Below are positions 13,401 through 25,580 of a stretch of 64,000 bases of DNA, piece by piece (position 1 is the stretch's first letter; each line of letters opens with the position of its first letter). Below the pieces are notes generated by a model, which made no database searches, was not told the DNA's origin, and worked only from the letters and a program-made list of their open reading frames with translations. This DNA comes from Gracilinanus agilis (Eukaryota). The translations under genes were made by a program, and so were the position numbers. The DNA lies in assembly GCF_016433145.1 (NCBI RefSeq), contig NC_058133.1, positions 348,421,388-348,485,387 on the forward strand. Direction: 5' to 3'.

Positions 13401-16400
13401 TTGCCCCTGTGATTTGCCCTTTAGAGTTTTAAGTGTAGAATCCCCTATCCCACCTTTATTAGTAAATCATAATTAAAGCTGTTAAAACCCTTTACCTTGC
13501 CTGCTGGTTCCAAAGACCCTGGCCTAGGGTGAGCAGAGTGACAGTTGGAGCTAACTGCCATTCTTGGTCTCCCTATGCTGGCTGGTTCTGTCTCCTTCAA
13601 CCCAGTGTGTGTACCCACAAACCATTAGGACACATTTACATCCCTGGTGCCCCACTCTTTTTACAGGTACTACCTAATCTCTTTCAGTCTCTTTCCCTAC
13701 TTTGTTTTATAGGAGAGGAGAGAAAACACAAGAGCTAAAGCATAAATATTTTTCCTTTATTTTTGTATGATAGGGTATATAATCTATTTTGGAATAATTT
13801 TCTTGTCACTTTTTTATATCAGTTAGTACTATTTTTTCTTCATAAAAATGAGAATATTGATCAGTTAAAATAGTTCTGAATATACCTGTATTATTACAGT
13901 AATCCTGAAGATGTTCTTTCTCCAAATTCTGTTATTTGCTATATTTCTTGTACCATTAAAAATATTTTGCATCTTGAGATAAACGAATGACTTACCTTTT
14001 ACCAAGTTTTTCTTCTATTCTAACTTTCCAATCATCCATTCTTTCACGTACTAGAGCTTTCAGTGGTGCAATATAGACAGCCTGAACAAAACACAAAGAC
14101 TCATGCAAATCAAATCAAATAAACTTAATATCTCCATAAACGATTTAGAATGTATCTTTCATGTCAAGGCATATAAATATATCTCAACTACAATGACAGT
14201 AAATAAAGTGTTCAAATTGTATCAAATGAGAATGATTTTAACTAAGATAATTACTAATATACAAAAGACATTTTCTTTTGGATATTTTTAATAAAAAAAA
14301 CACTTTAAAGTTAGTTAGTACTACTATTGCTACTGCTGCTGCTGCTATTACTATTATTACTGCTACTAGTACTAACCACTTCTTGTCACAGAACATTTAT
14401 TAAACACCTAATATATATTTTTATTTTGTACTTTAGTGCATTTTGCTACAAAATCTCAGCAACAAAAATAAAATTAATTTTTCCAAAATGTACCTACTGC
14501 TGAATACTGGGGATACAAAATAACATACAAAACAGTTCCTACTCTCAAGGAATTCATAGTCTAAAGGCAATATGCAAACAATTATATACCAACAAGATAT
14601 ATACAGAATAAAGTGGGAGTAACTTCAAAGGGAAGGCACTAATACTAAGGAGGCCCAGAAAAGTCTTCTTGAAGGTACAAGAACTGAAGCAAATCAGGGA
14701 AGCTAGAAAACAGATGAATGGGGAAGGCATTGCAAGAATTTTCTAAATGTTCAAATGTAAAATCAGATAGTCTTAGTTTAAATTCTAAAATGCTTCATAT
14801 TTTTGAAGAAAGCTGAGAACAAAAGCAACACTTCTTTTTAATCTAATACTCATGAAGCATAATTCAAATATAAAGAGATGCACAGGATGCTAAACTCTCT
14901 GCATATTCTTTGCATGGTAAAAAATTGAGAATAATGTCCAAATTTGCTGTCTATGATGGAGTTTCTTCTAGCATAAAGTGACTGGAACAGAATACTTTGA
15001 ATTTCCTGTGTAGTGCTGATAAAAGTTGGGAATGTGGAGTGTGTACTTGGAAGAAGTATTTGGAGATTCACCTATATCACTATAGTTTTTCCTGCTACTA
15101 AATATATTAATAAGATGAAATGTCTTATGCTTTCTGTCAATATAAGTCCTTATAAATTCTGCTGGTCCATGTTTATTCAAACAGCCTAAGAGATTTTCTC
15201 TTACTATTAAGCTAAATTCAAACCAAATAGCTTAAAAGCTATTTAAAGTTCTATACATTTAAAGGATTATCTATGTATATGTTTTTGTTACCTGAAAAAA
15301 AGTTGTACATCAAAAACTCACTGTAGATGGGGCAGCTGGGTAGCTTGGTGGATTGAGAGCCAGGCCTAGAGACGGGAGGTCCTAGGTTCAAATCCGGCCT
15401 CAGACACTTCCCAGCTGTGTGACCCTGGGCAGGTCACTTGACCCCCATTGCCCACCCTTACCACTCTTCCACCTAGGAGCCAATGCACAGAAGTTAAGGG
15501 TTTAAAAAGAAAAAACTCACTGTAGCAAGGAAATGGCAATAGGTTTTCAAAGACTATGCCAACAGCAAATAACATATGGCATATTTTGCAAAGCTGGAAA
15601 ACTTTAGATTATTGACCCAAAGAGAGATCCCTTCTGTAGAAAGGCCAAAATGAGAACATACTCTTTACTATTAGATTTGCCATTTAGTGATGAATCTCTC
15701 GGACATAGAAAATAATGAAGCAAAGAAAATGAACCCTACAGGTCTTTGTGGTCCTGTTTCTTTTTTACAATGACTGTGATAGTAGAAAAGATCTGTTAAA
15801 AGATTTTAACTTGGGGGCAGCTGGGAAGCTCATTGGATTGAGTGCCAAGCCTAGAGAGGGGAGATTCTAGGTTCAAATCTAGCCTCAGACACTTCCCAGC
15901 TGTGTGACCCTGGGCAAGTCACTTGACCTCTATTGCCTAGTCCTTACCACTCTTCTACCTTGGAACCAATACACAATATTGATTCCAAGATGGAAGGTAA
16001 GGATTTAAAAAAAAAACAACAAAACTCCTAGTATTTAGAACATCTATAAATATCACTTTAAATATGTTTTTGATCCAATAACCCAATTGCTTTAATAACC
16101 AACAATAATAATATATTATTTTGTATTGACGTATGTCTAAACAATTTATATGACTTTCTCTCTCTATAGAATGTAATTTCATTGAGAATGACACCTGATT
16201 TCATTCATTTCTTTATTTATGTGCTGAGTTTCTGTATTCTAGAACTAGAAAAGTAGCTAGCACCTAGTAGGCATTTCATAAATGCTTGCTGAAAGATTGA
16301 AACTACTGGAAGAAGTGAATATAACCATCTTCATTATGGTTGAAACCAAAAGATATTTGAATGACAATATCACTTGCAACTGAACAACAGGATGATTTGT

Positions 16401-19400
16401 CGATCTAGCAAGAGAAACAAAGTGTTGGTAGTTGGTTTTATAGTGTGTTGTAAGGCAAAAAGTATCATTACTTCTAAGGGAATTACAACTCCTCTTGGCT
16501 AGCAACTCTAGATCTTGCCAGGCAGAAGAATGAAAACTAAAGGCAACAATAGTTTAGAAAATAAACTTATTTGCAAAATATTATGAAGGAAGATGGTAGA
16601 AGCAGAATTTCTTCATAAAACAATAAAGCTCTCTTAAGAGGAAAAATATTCTATCTAAAGCTTAGTGTGAAACCAAAGAAGTCAGATCACTCCAAGAACA
16701 TTTATAGATGAAATGGAAATTAAGGAAGAAAAAAATAAGAGTGGATCTTGCCAACATTTCCATAGTAATCTATTTTTATTACTAATAACAGCAAATCTAC
16801 CACATTTGCACTCTACTATCTGAGTAGAATATGGATTATATGAAAAGGAAAGGGCTTTTAAGAAAATGAAGTTAGATAAAGAAGCTTTAGTCATACAAAG
16901 TCCATATAGAAGCAATCTATGCTACAGAATTAAGGGGTTCATTTTTCAAGATATGTAAAAGAGCAGAAGACATCAAAATGACAAGAAGAAATTGTGGCTG
17001 GTATTCTTTCATCTTAAAAAAATGTTGATTAAGCTAACTTGAATGATCATCTGATTATTAGTATCAAGAGATGCATAAAATAGGGAAATATATGCTCTCT
17101 AATGGTAGTAGGCAGTGTTATCACCTGTACAAAGTTTAAAAAGAAAAGTTAAGTCCCAGGAGATAGTGAGATCTTCTAAAGAATACTTTTATTCTTAAGA
17201 TTTAGTGTTGAATGAATGAAGCAAGCCCCAGGAACACTGCAAGGGCTCCTTAGGGAGATTCGCTACTACTCAAAAGAGATTGGTCTGACAATATTTATGG
17301 GAAAAATCAAATAGATGAAAAATGTTCACTGTACAGACTTTTGTATACACTTGGATGGGGAGCCCATTGAGAACGTAAGTTGTGAAGAGGCCCTACAGAG
17401 GAGAAATGAAATTGATGCAAAACTGTTCAAGAGAAATTAGTGCTCTGGAATCTGGATTGTACTTAGGAGATACAAAGTACTTTCTAAGATCCTAAACTAC
17501 TCTCTGACATAAGAAATTACCTTTTTAACATAAACAAGGATACTACCAGTGAAAACTTAATGTAAAAAGTTACTTACAAGATATGATTTTCTAAATGCAA
17601 GCCTAGAAAAGGAGGTGGATTACCCAAGCAGTCAGAATGAGGGTTAGTGAGGGACTACATATATGAACAAGTATGAAATGTTAAAATTCCTAGAGAAAAG
17701 AGGCCTTAAATGGACTGAATTGGAAGAGAAGGAACTGAAGTAGTCATATCTCTGAAAAATACTTTTGATAATGTTATCATTTAATTCCCCCCAAATTTTT
17801 CTTACATTATGTACTGATTTCCTTGTATATTGGAGGATCAGTAAACTGATTCACTGATCTTTTCAAATTAAGTTTTTGAATTTATTTATTTCTCTATTCT
17901 CAGTTAAGGAAAAAGAAAGCTCCTGAGTATTTCTGAACAAACCTTTGATGAGGGATACTTGTTAAAGACTCTGAAGATGGCTAATTCAGCAGCTACAGTC
18001 TTTCCTGAGCCAGTGGGTGCTCCAAGTAGTACATTACAATCTGTGTGATACAATGTGTGAAATATCTGTGTCTGTACAGGATTGAAGTGGGTGAAGTTGT
18101 ATAAGGATTCATATTTTCGGCATCCCAAAGCTGTGACAGGTAATGGTTGCAGATCCAGTAATTCTGAAATAAGGTAAGCAGTCATCAAAGTAGGGAAAAG
18201 TAATGCTAGTTTACTTTTTCTTACAATAAAGCACAGTATAGCAAACATTATTTTCTGCATACTTATAAACATCTCCCATCCCCAAATGGGGTTACTATTT
18301 CTGAAAATCCATACTTTAAAGGTCAATATTCTGGTGATAAGCCACCATATTTATAGTTAAGTTAATTCTTGGTCAGGTAATATGTCACCAGTACCATACT
18401 CAAAGACTTTTCAGCTTGCCAAAAAGCATTAGAATATTCTATATTCGTTTTTTTTTTAAACCAGAAGCTGAAGGAGAGTTTATTAATTTCATGTGACATA
18501 AAAGACTTGATAAACTAATATATCTATTTACCATAATACTAGAAAACAGAATGTCCAATATTAACAACAAACACAAAACATTTTCATTATATGTAAATTC
18601 TCCTATATGATGAATTATATTATTTTAAAATATTGCTTTTTTTTTATCATGATGTTCAAATATACAAAGAGAGTATAAAAAAATAAAAAAATTAAGGCAA
18701 TACATGTAAAAATCTAAAGAGATACCTTTACTCTAGAGTCTCTAATATATTTTGGAAACTAAGGTAGTATTCCATTATCCACAACTGCTCAGTGTTTGAT
18801 CTGACAATTTCCTGTTTATAGTCATTTTGGAGATGTACTAAAACCTGGGAGAACCTGAATGAACCTATTTATGGAAATCTGATATTTGCTTTAGGGACAG
18901 CCCTTAATTCCAGACAACTGAGAAAATTACAATTTGGCAAAATATAGGGACTAGAAGGGATTTTCAAGTAAAACAATTATATAGGCAGATATTAAAAAAA
19001 AAAAAAAAAGGAATGCCACCCCTTTCCAGTTTGGTACAGTGTTGGGAAAGCTGAGCACTGAAACAAAACAGGGAATCCATGGAATGCCACAGAAATTGGA
19101 TCTTCATTTTGGGGCTTCATAACCTAGAGACCATTCACAAAATGATAATGTGTTCCCCAAATAAAATAAAAATGATATAATAACTGCTATAATATTACTG
19201 TCCTTATTACAATGGATAACAGGGAATTGAAAGCTCATTTTAAAATTAGATGATTTATGTTTTGCATTGGCAAAAGTTTCTTTAAAATTATGTAATATGA
19301 GAATTTAATATTTTTTAAAGAAAGCCTAACATGAAAGTATGTTGGTAAAAGCTTGTATTAGCCACAGTTGGGAAAGCTAAGGATAGGAGTTCTATGTAGC

Positions 19401-22400
19401 AACAGAACCAAATCTGATTGAGTCTGCACTAAGTTTGGCACACAAGGTTGCTTCAGGTGTGGTGAACTTGGGAACTGGAGGTTAAAGCTTTTATGCTAAT
19501 CAATATTGTAATAAGGTTTGTTATTGTCTGTGGTACTTATAAGCTTGATAGGATAAGGAGACCATGCCTCAAAAAAAGTAAACATACAAAAAATTGAAGT
19601 TCAAAATACAAATTTAACAGATTTTAATTAACATTATATATATATATATATACATATATTCCAATCACGAGCTTACATCTATTCATAATTCTTCCTATTG
19701 GTTTATTAGTACCACTAAATTTAGAGGGCTTAACTTCAGAAAAGATGGTTTGTTTTCCAGATTTGTATCCAATAGGATACACATAGGTGCAGATATAATG
19801 TTAGGTAAAATATTTTATATTAATTTTTTCAGTATCCATTATTAACCAAGTGATGTTTATTTCATTTAATTAAAAGTCTGTGATCAATTTTCTGTATAAT
19901 AAGGACTATACAGGCATTTCCAGTTAACAGAGTAGATAGGTTTTAATTTTTTAATATATTTTTTGAAGGGAGGAAGTCAGGAAGGTATAGACTTAAATAA
20001 GAACCAGGGGACTTGATGAAGTTTCTGGGGGTGGGGTAAGGCAAAATACGAACTGACAAGTATTCTACTCTAATGTAAAGTAAAAGATGCCTACTAAAAA
20101 TATTTGAAAGAAACTAGAAAGAAACTCTAACATTAATTACAACTTGTTTCAGGAAGTTCAAGCTGGAAGGGACCTTAGAGGTCACTGAGTTCAGTACCAT
20201 TTTACAGATGATGCTTAGAACAGTTAAAAGATTTTTGCCTAGGGATATTCAGTTATTAAGTGTCTTGGGTGAAATTTGAACCCAGGTTTCCTGACTTCAA
20301 GTCCTATTCAGTGTTGTGTTGTGTAATATTGGAGTAATAAAGGATGTTATTAAGGAGGATACTATGGTAATATACTTTGCTGGATGATCACAAAGTATTC
20401 ACAGTCTCCCTCCTTAGGGCTCAGTGCACAAACTGGTCTGGAAATCTTTCTTGTAAAAACTTATAATTTTTATTTATATATTAAAGTTTTAAGGATATAT
20501 AAAAGGATTCCCTAACACTAAAGAATCTAAATCACTCCACCCGAATTTTGCTGCAAGATGAAGTCTTCAAATCTCAGGAATTCACCCAAGCTACAATATA
20601 ACTCCTTAATTCTTACTAGAAATCCCAAACTATATGCTATACTAACTAAATCCTTATTTATCTATTAATTAAAGTTATCTCCAGAGTTATATTTATATTG
20701 AGCAAAATGGCTGATCTCAATACAGCTGAGTTTGACTCTAGGAAAGAGGTTCCCAAACTTTTTTGGTCTACCGCCCCCTTTCCAGAAAAAATATTACTTA
20801 GCGGGGGCAGCTGGGTAGCTCAGTGGATTGAGAGCCAGGCCTAGAGACAGGAGGTCCTAGGTTCAAATCCGGCCTCAGACACTTCCCAGCTGTGTGACCC
20901 TGGGCAAGTCACTTGACCCCCATTGCCTACCCTTACCACTCTTCCACCTATAAGTCAATACACAGAAGAAGTTAAGGGTTTAAAATAAAAAAAAAAAAAT
21001 AAATAAATAAAATATTACTTAGCCCCCTGGAAATTAATTTTTTAAAAATTTTAATAGCAATTAATAGAAAGATAAATGCACCTGTGGCCATCACCGCCCC
21101 GCCTAGATCACTGCATCATCCACCAGGGGGCGGTAATGCCCACTTTGGGAATCACTGCTCTAGGGGTTTCCCTCAGTCAGAGGTGGACGTGGTCTTCTGG
21201 ACTTTCTCCTCTCACAAAAACAGTTCTAACAGCAGCAGATCTGACAAGTTCTTCTTCCTGATGTATTTCCACAGTGAGGAAAGTGAAAAACCCTCAAGAT
21301 GGTTTAAGAATTCTTTCTTTCCTATCACCAGCAGAGCTATATCCAGAGAGCAAAAGCTGAGTTGGCCAGTCTCCTCAGAAGTCAAGAGTCCAACTGCTCC
21401 CAGAACTCTGCCTGCCCTTCTTCTTCAAAGTTCCAAGCTCATGCAAAGAACTCTTTCTTGCCTCAGTCACTCTGCAGTCTCTGGGACAACCTCATAAAAT
21501 TCCTTATTTTATCAAACCTAATCAATATATTTCTAATTTCCTTACTATATTTGTAAGGAATTCTAACCCTTATTGATTATTGCTATTGGTATGGATATTA
21601 CCAATAGTTGTCGCTGGTGTGGACAAACTCTTGAGGTTGACCACTGAGGAAAATGGCTGCTCTAATAGTTAAAAGAAAACTCCTACTTAGGCCAGTTATA
21701 TAAAACTATATATTATAACTATAAATAACTACAAAAAGGGAAAGCAAAAGGAAAGTAAATACTGATAAGGGATTCCCTATTAACTAATAAATCTATATAA
21801 ATTTCTCACCAACCTTTCCCTCATGGGAATGCTTCGCTATTACCAAATGGCAATCCTCCATATACTACACTATCTACCTAAAATATAATTTCTAACTTAC
21901 TAAACCTCTGTCCAAAATTTATAAACTCAACTTATAAAAGATTTCCCAAGGGGGGCAGCTGGTTAGCTCAGTGGATTGAGAGTCAGGCCTAGAGATGGGA
22001 GGTCCTAGGTTCAAATCTGGCCTCAGACACTTCCCAGCTGTGTGACCCTGGGCAAGTCACTTGACCCCCATTGCCCACCCTTCCACCAAGGAGCCAATAC
22101 ACAGAAGTTAAGGGTTTAAATTTAAAAAATAAAATAAAATAAAAGATTTCCCAAACTTCCTTTCCCTTCGGCCAAAGATCAACTCTCTTAATTTGAGACA
22201 CAAGCTGTTTCTGCCAACAGCTGTTCTCTGGTAGCCCCCAAAGGAGGTCTGAGGAGCTACTCAGTAGCTCTCCTGCTCTATGCTCCAAACAGCTTCCTAA
22301 TTCTTTCAGATTCAAGATGTTGCAGTCTTCAAGGTGGATCAGCAGGAAAGCCAGGAACCACCAACCTCCAGTCTCTCTCTCAGAAGAAGTGGGGCATCGG

Positions 22401-23914
22401 CTCCTCAACTAACGCCCTCAAGACACACTCCAAAAATTCTATATCCCTGACCTCATCAAGGTTCCATGTCCAATCTTAAAGTACCCTAGGAAATCTCAAC
22501 TCTCTTTTATAAACCTTACATCTGACTACACTCCATTCTTAACGAAGCTAATTACTCCTACATTACAATTATCATTACAGTTGTGAACTATTTATGAAGG
22601 TAAAAAAAACAAAACAACAAACTGACAGTGGAAAGATAAGCAGGTACTGAAAAATAGCAGGAGTATTTGATGCTGTACACATAATGAATTAACCTTTCAT
22701 GTAAAAACATTTATTTCATTTGCTTAATTAAAATAAAATGCATAAGAAATTAATATTAATAACCACAGGAATTGTTCATGTTAACTAATATGTAATAAAA
22801 AAGCAGATATTACCTCATCTACCTCTCTCTCGGTCATTTAACTTACTGCCAGGAGTAGAAAGACTTGCCACCATGAAGAGTGTTCTTTTTCCTTTCCCCT
22901 TTCCCTTTATTAAGTCCACCTAGAGCTCACCCTTGCTTGAATGATTACCTGGTCTGAATAAAACTAAAGTTAACAACTCTGTTCTCTCTGTGGAAATGAA
23001 AGACTATCTCTTGTTCACCGAACTTTAGGGTCCTCAAACACCTCTCCACCAGCCATACCTGGGGTACTGTTATCTGTCTGGATGATGACTTAACTGAAGG
23101 CTTCCTGAATCTTGCTGTTTCCCTTTCTGATCACTCTTAGGACTGTTAGACCATTCCATCTGCATTGCAACTGAACTTTCTTTTATTGGACTGTAAGAGA
23201 GTCTCCTTTAGACTCTTTAACCATTATTGTTTCTATCGCTTCATGCTTAAGACAGTGTTTGACAGACAATAAGCACTTAATAAACACTTAGTAATTCACT
23301 CATTAATTCACTTTTATGATAGGTTTCATGGGATTAAGGACACTTCAAGGTTAGACAAGATCTCAGATACACAAAAATGAAAGATTTTTCTACAACAGAA
23401 ATTTAAAAATGTTTTGTGACCACCAAGTCAAATTACTATATTTAAGTTCTATAAATTATAAACAAATAGAAGTTTTTAGATATTACGGTAATATGGGAAA
23501 ATGATATTTAAAAATATGACTATATACTAATTTATAATTTATATATAATAAAATTAAACTAAATTAATTGAAGAAATAGTTTTTTAAAACTATTAATTCA
23601 AATTATGGTAACATTACCTGTGTGAGGAGGATGTCTCTCTGGTAAAATCAAATGTTGAAAGTTGATGATACATACAGCCTCTGCGCCTAACCATCTGTCA
23701 GAAACAGCCCGAATGTAATACTGAGATGGTAAAGGTTCAAAAATAGGGATTGTAAATACCAGCAACTGAGATTCTTTAGCAATGACCTAATATGAGGAAA
23801 AAAATCTATGATTAGTTTGGATTTTCCAGTATCTTAAAAGTAGTAGGTTACTCTAAAAACCAGGTAAGTAAAAACATTCTCTCTCTCTCTCTCATTTTCA
23901 TTCTCTCTCTTTCT

Positions 23915-23982
<68 letters not shown>

Positions 23983-25525
23983 TGATTTGGGGCAAACTAC
24001 ACACACAAGATGTATTGGGGCAAACTAAGTGGTATTTTGAGGTTCAGTGTTGCTGAAAGTCACAGAATGTTCTTTCCCTGAAAATTCCTAATCAAAAAAA
24101 GTATAAAGTGTATTCTAATTTAATGAAGATATTATCCATAAATAAATCAGTGTGTCTCTTCAATGCAAATTTCTAATCTGCAAAATGAGGAATTGGAATG
24201 AATAATCTCTAAAGCCCCCTTAAGCTCTAAAATGTATGGCTCTCTTTCCAGTTGGTCAATCACAATAAAACTCTTAAACTATATAGACACATTCTGACTT
24301 TCTGAATTAATCAGATTAAACATCATAATAAAAATGCCTGTGTTATTCCATCATGATTAGACAAATGATGATTTATATTTTAAATTTCAACTATATAATA
24401 AAAGGGAGGAGAAAAAGGTATAAAGATAGAAAATGCAATGTATCAATCAATGTATCAAGTTCCTTCTTCCTGTGCTAGTCTATAAATTACATGTCTAATA
24501 TGTGAATGGTTCTAGACTTTTACCTGCTTTTTTTGAATGAGAAAATACTCTGAATGATAAATATGATCATTTGTGGGATCTTCTACCTGTAACAAATAAA
24601 ATTAATATAGAAGGATATAATTAAAGATATTAGGGTTTTATTGTAAGGCATATTGATAATTTAAAAAAACCATGTGCCTGCTAAGATCTAATTCAAATGC
24701 CCCACCATGCTTTCCCCCTGGTTGCTTCATAGGATAGAGAACTTCCCAATCAAGTTCTGAGTCTTTATACCTCTGTCTATGTAATCACACTTCCTGCCAC
24801 CTGTATTACACAAGAGGAATCATGGGAAATGTAGTTTTCAAGTCCTCTAAACGTCCACAGGAAGTTTATATCATGGATCTCAATATTAAGACCCCCAAAT
24901 TTCCAATATCACATTCCTCCCTGAAGAGTGGCGAGAGACTGATCTCCCAAAGGATCACAGGGGGGAATGTAAAAATTGGAAGACCTTGTACCCCCTGAAA
25001 CTACATTACCCAAATTCCCTTTCACCATACCCATAATTCCTTAAGCTTTTTCTTATTGGACACTGGTTTTCGCGGGCGGTATTAAAATTTGGTTTGAGTA
25101 GTCACAGGGTTCTTCTTGGGACCAGAGGCTACGTGGTGAAGGGTGAGTTGGGACTCTTTCCTCACATTTCTCTAGCTTTCTAATTTTATATTAATAAATC
25201 CTTATAAATATCATACTTTGCAGGCACTGAATATTAATTTTAAAACTTACATACCCAAATCCACCAGGGTTCTCCAACTGTACCATGCACCTAGAGAAAA
25301 ATAAGGTCACTAAACAAAATATATATGTTATGGTAGACATACATAGGGATGGTTTAAGTATATAGTAAATTTTAAAAGGGAGGAAAAAAATCCCATTAAA
25401 TTTAGAAATCACATTGACTATTAAAAATGGTTTAAGTTTTAAAAATCAAGATCATTAATGTCCAAAATGTTTTGAGCACACTTTCAAGATATATATATCT
25501 TGAATATGTATATGTATTTATTTAC

Positions 25526-25580
<55 letters not shown>

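Larger units (their letters stand above)
20322..22579. mobile_element. LTR-like or composite LTR element carrying a nested MITE and SINEs
   Basis: TGTAAT...ATTACA termini; 4-bp TSD gttg (20318-20321, 22580-22583). Confidence 0.6.

Noticed and set aside
21076-22408. ORFs of 137-139 aa
   Set aside because: They span MITE, LTR and SINE sequence and are chance frames.
24524-25290. ASCC3 pseudogenised by the exonic insertion
   Set aside because: Canonical splice sites restore the frame exactly, and all 15 exons are free of stops and frameshifts, consistent with a functional gene. Expression data are still needed.
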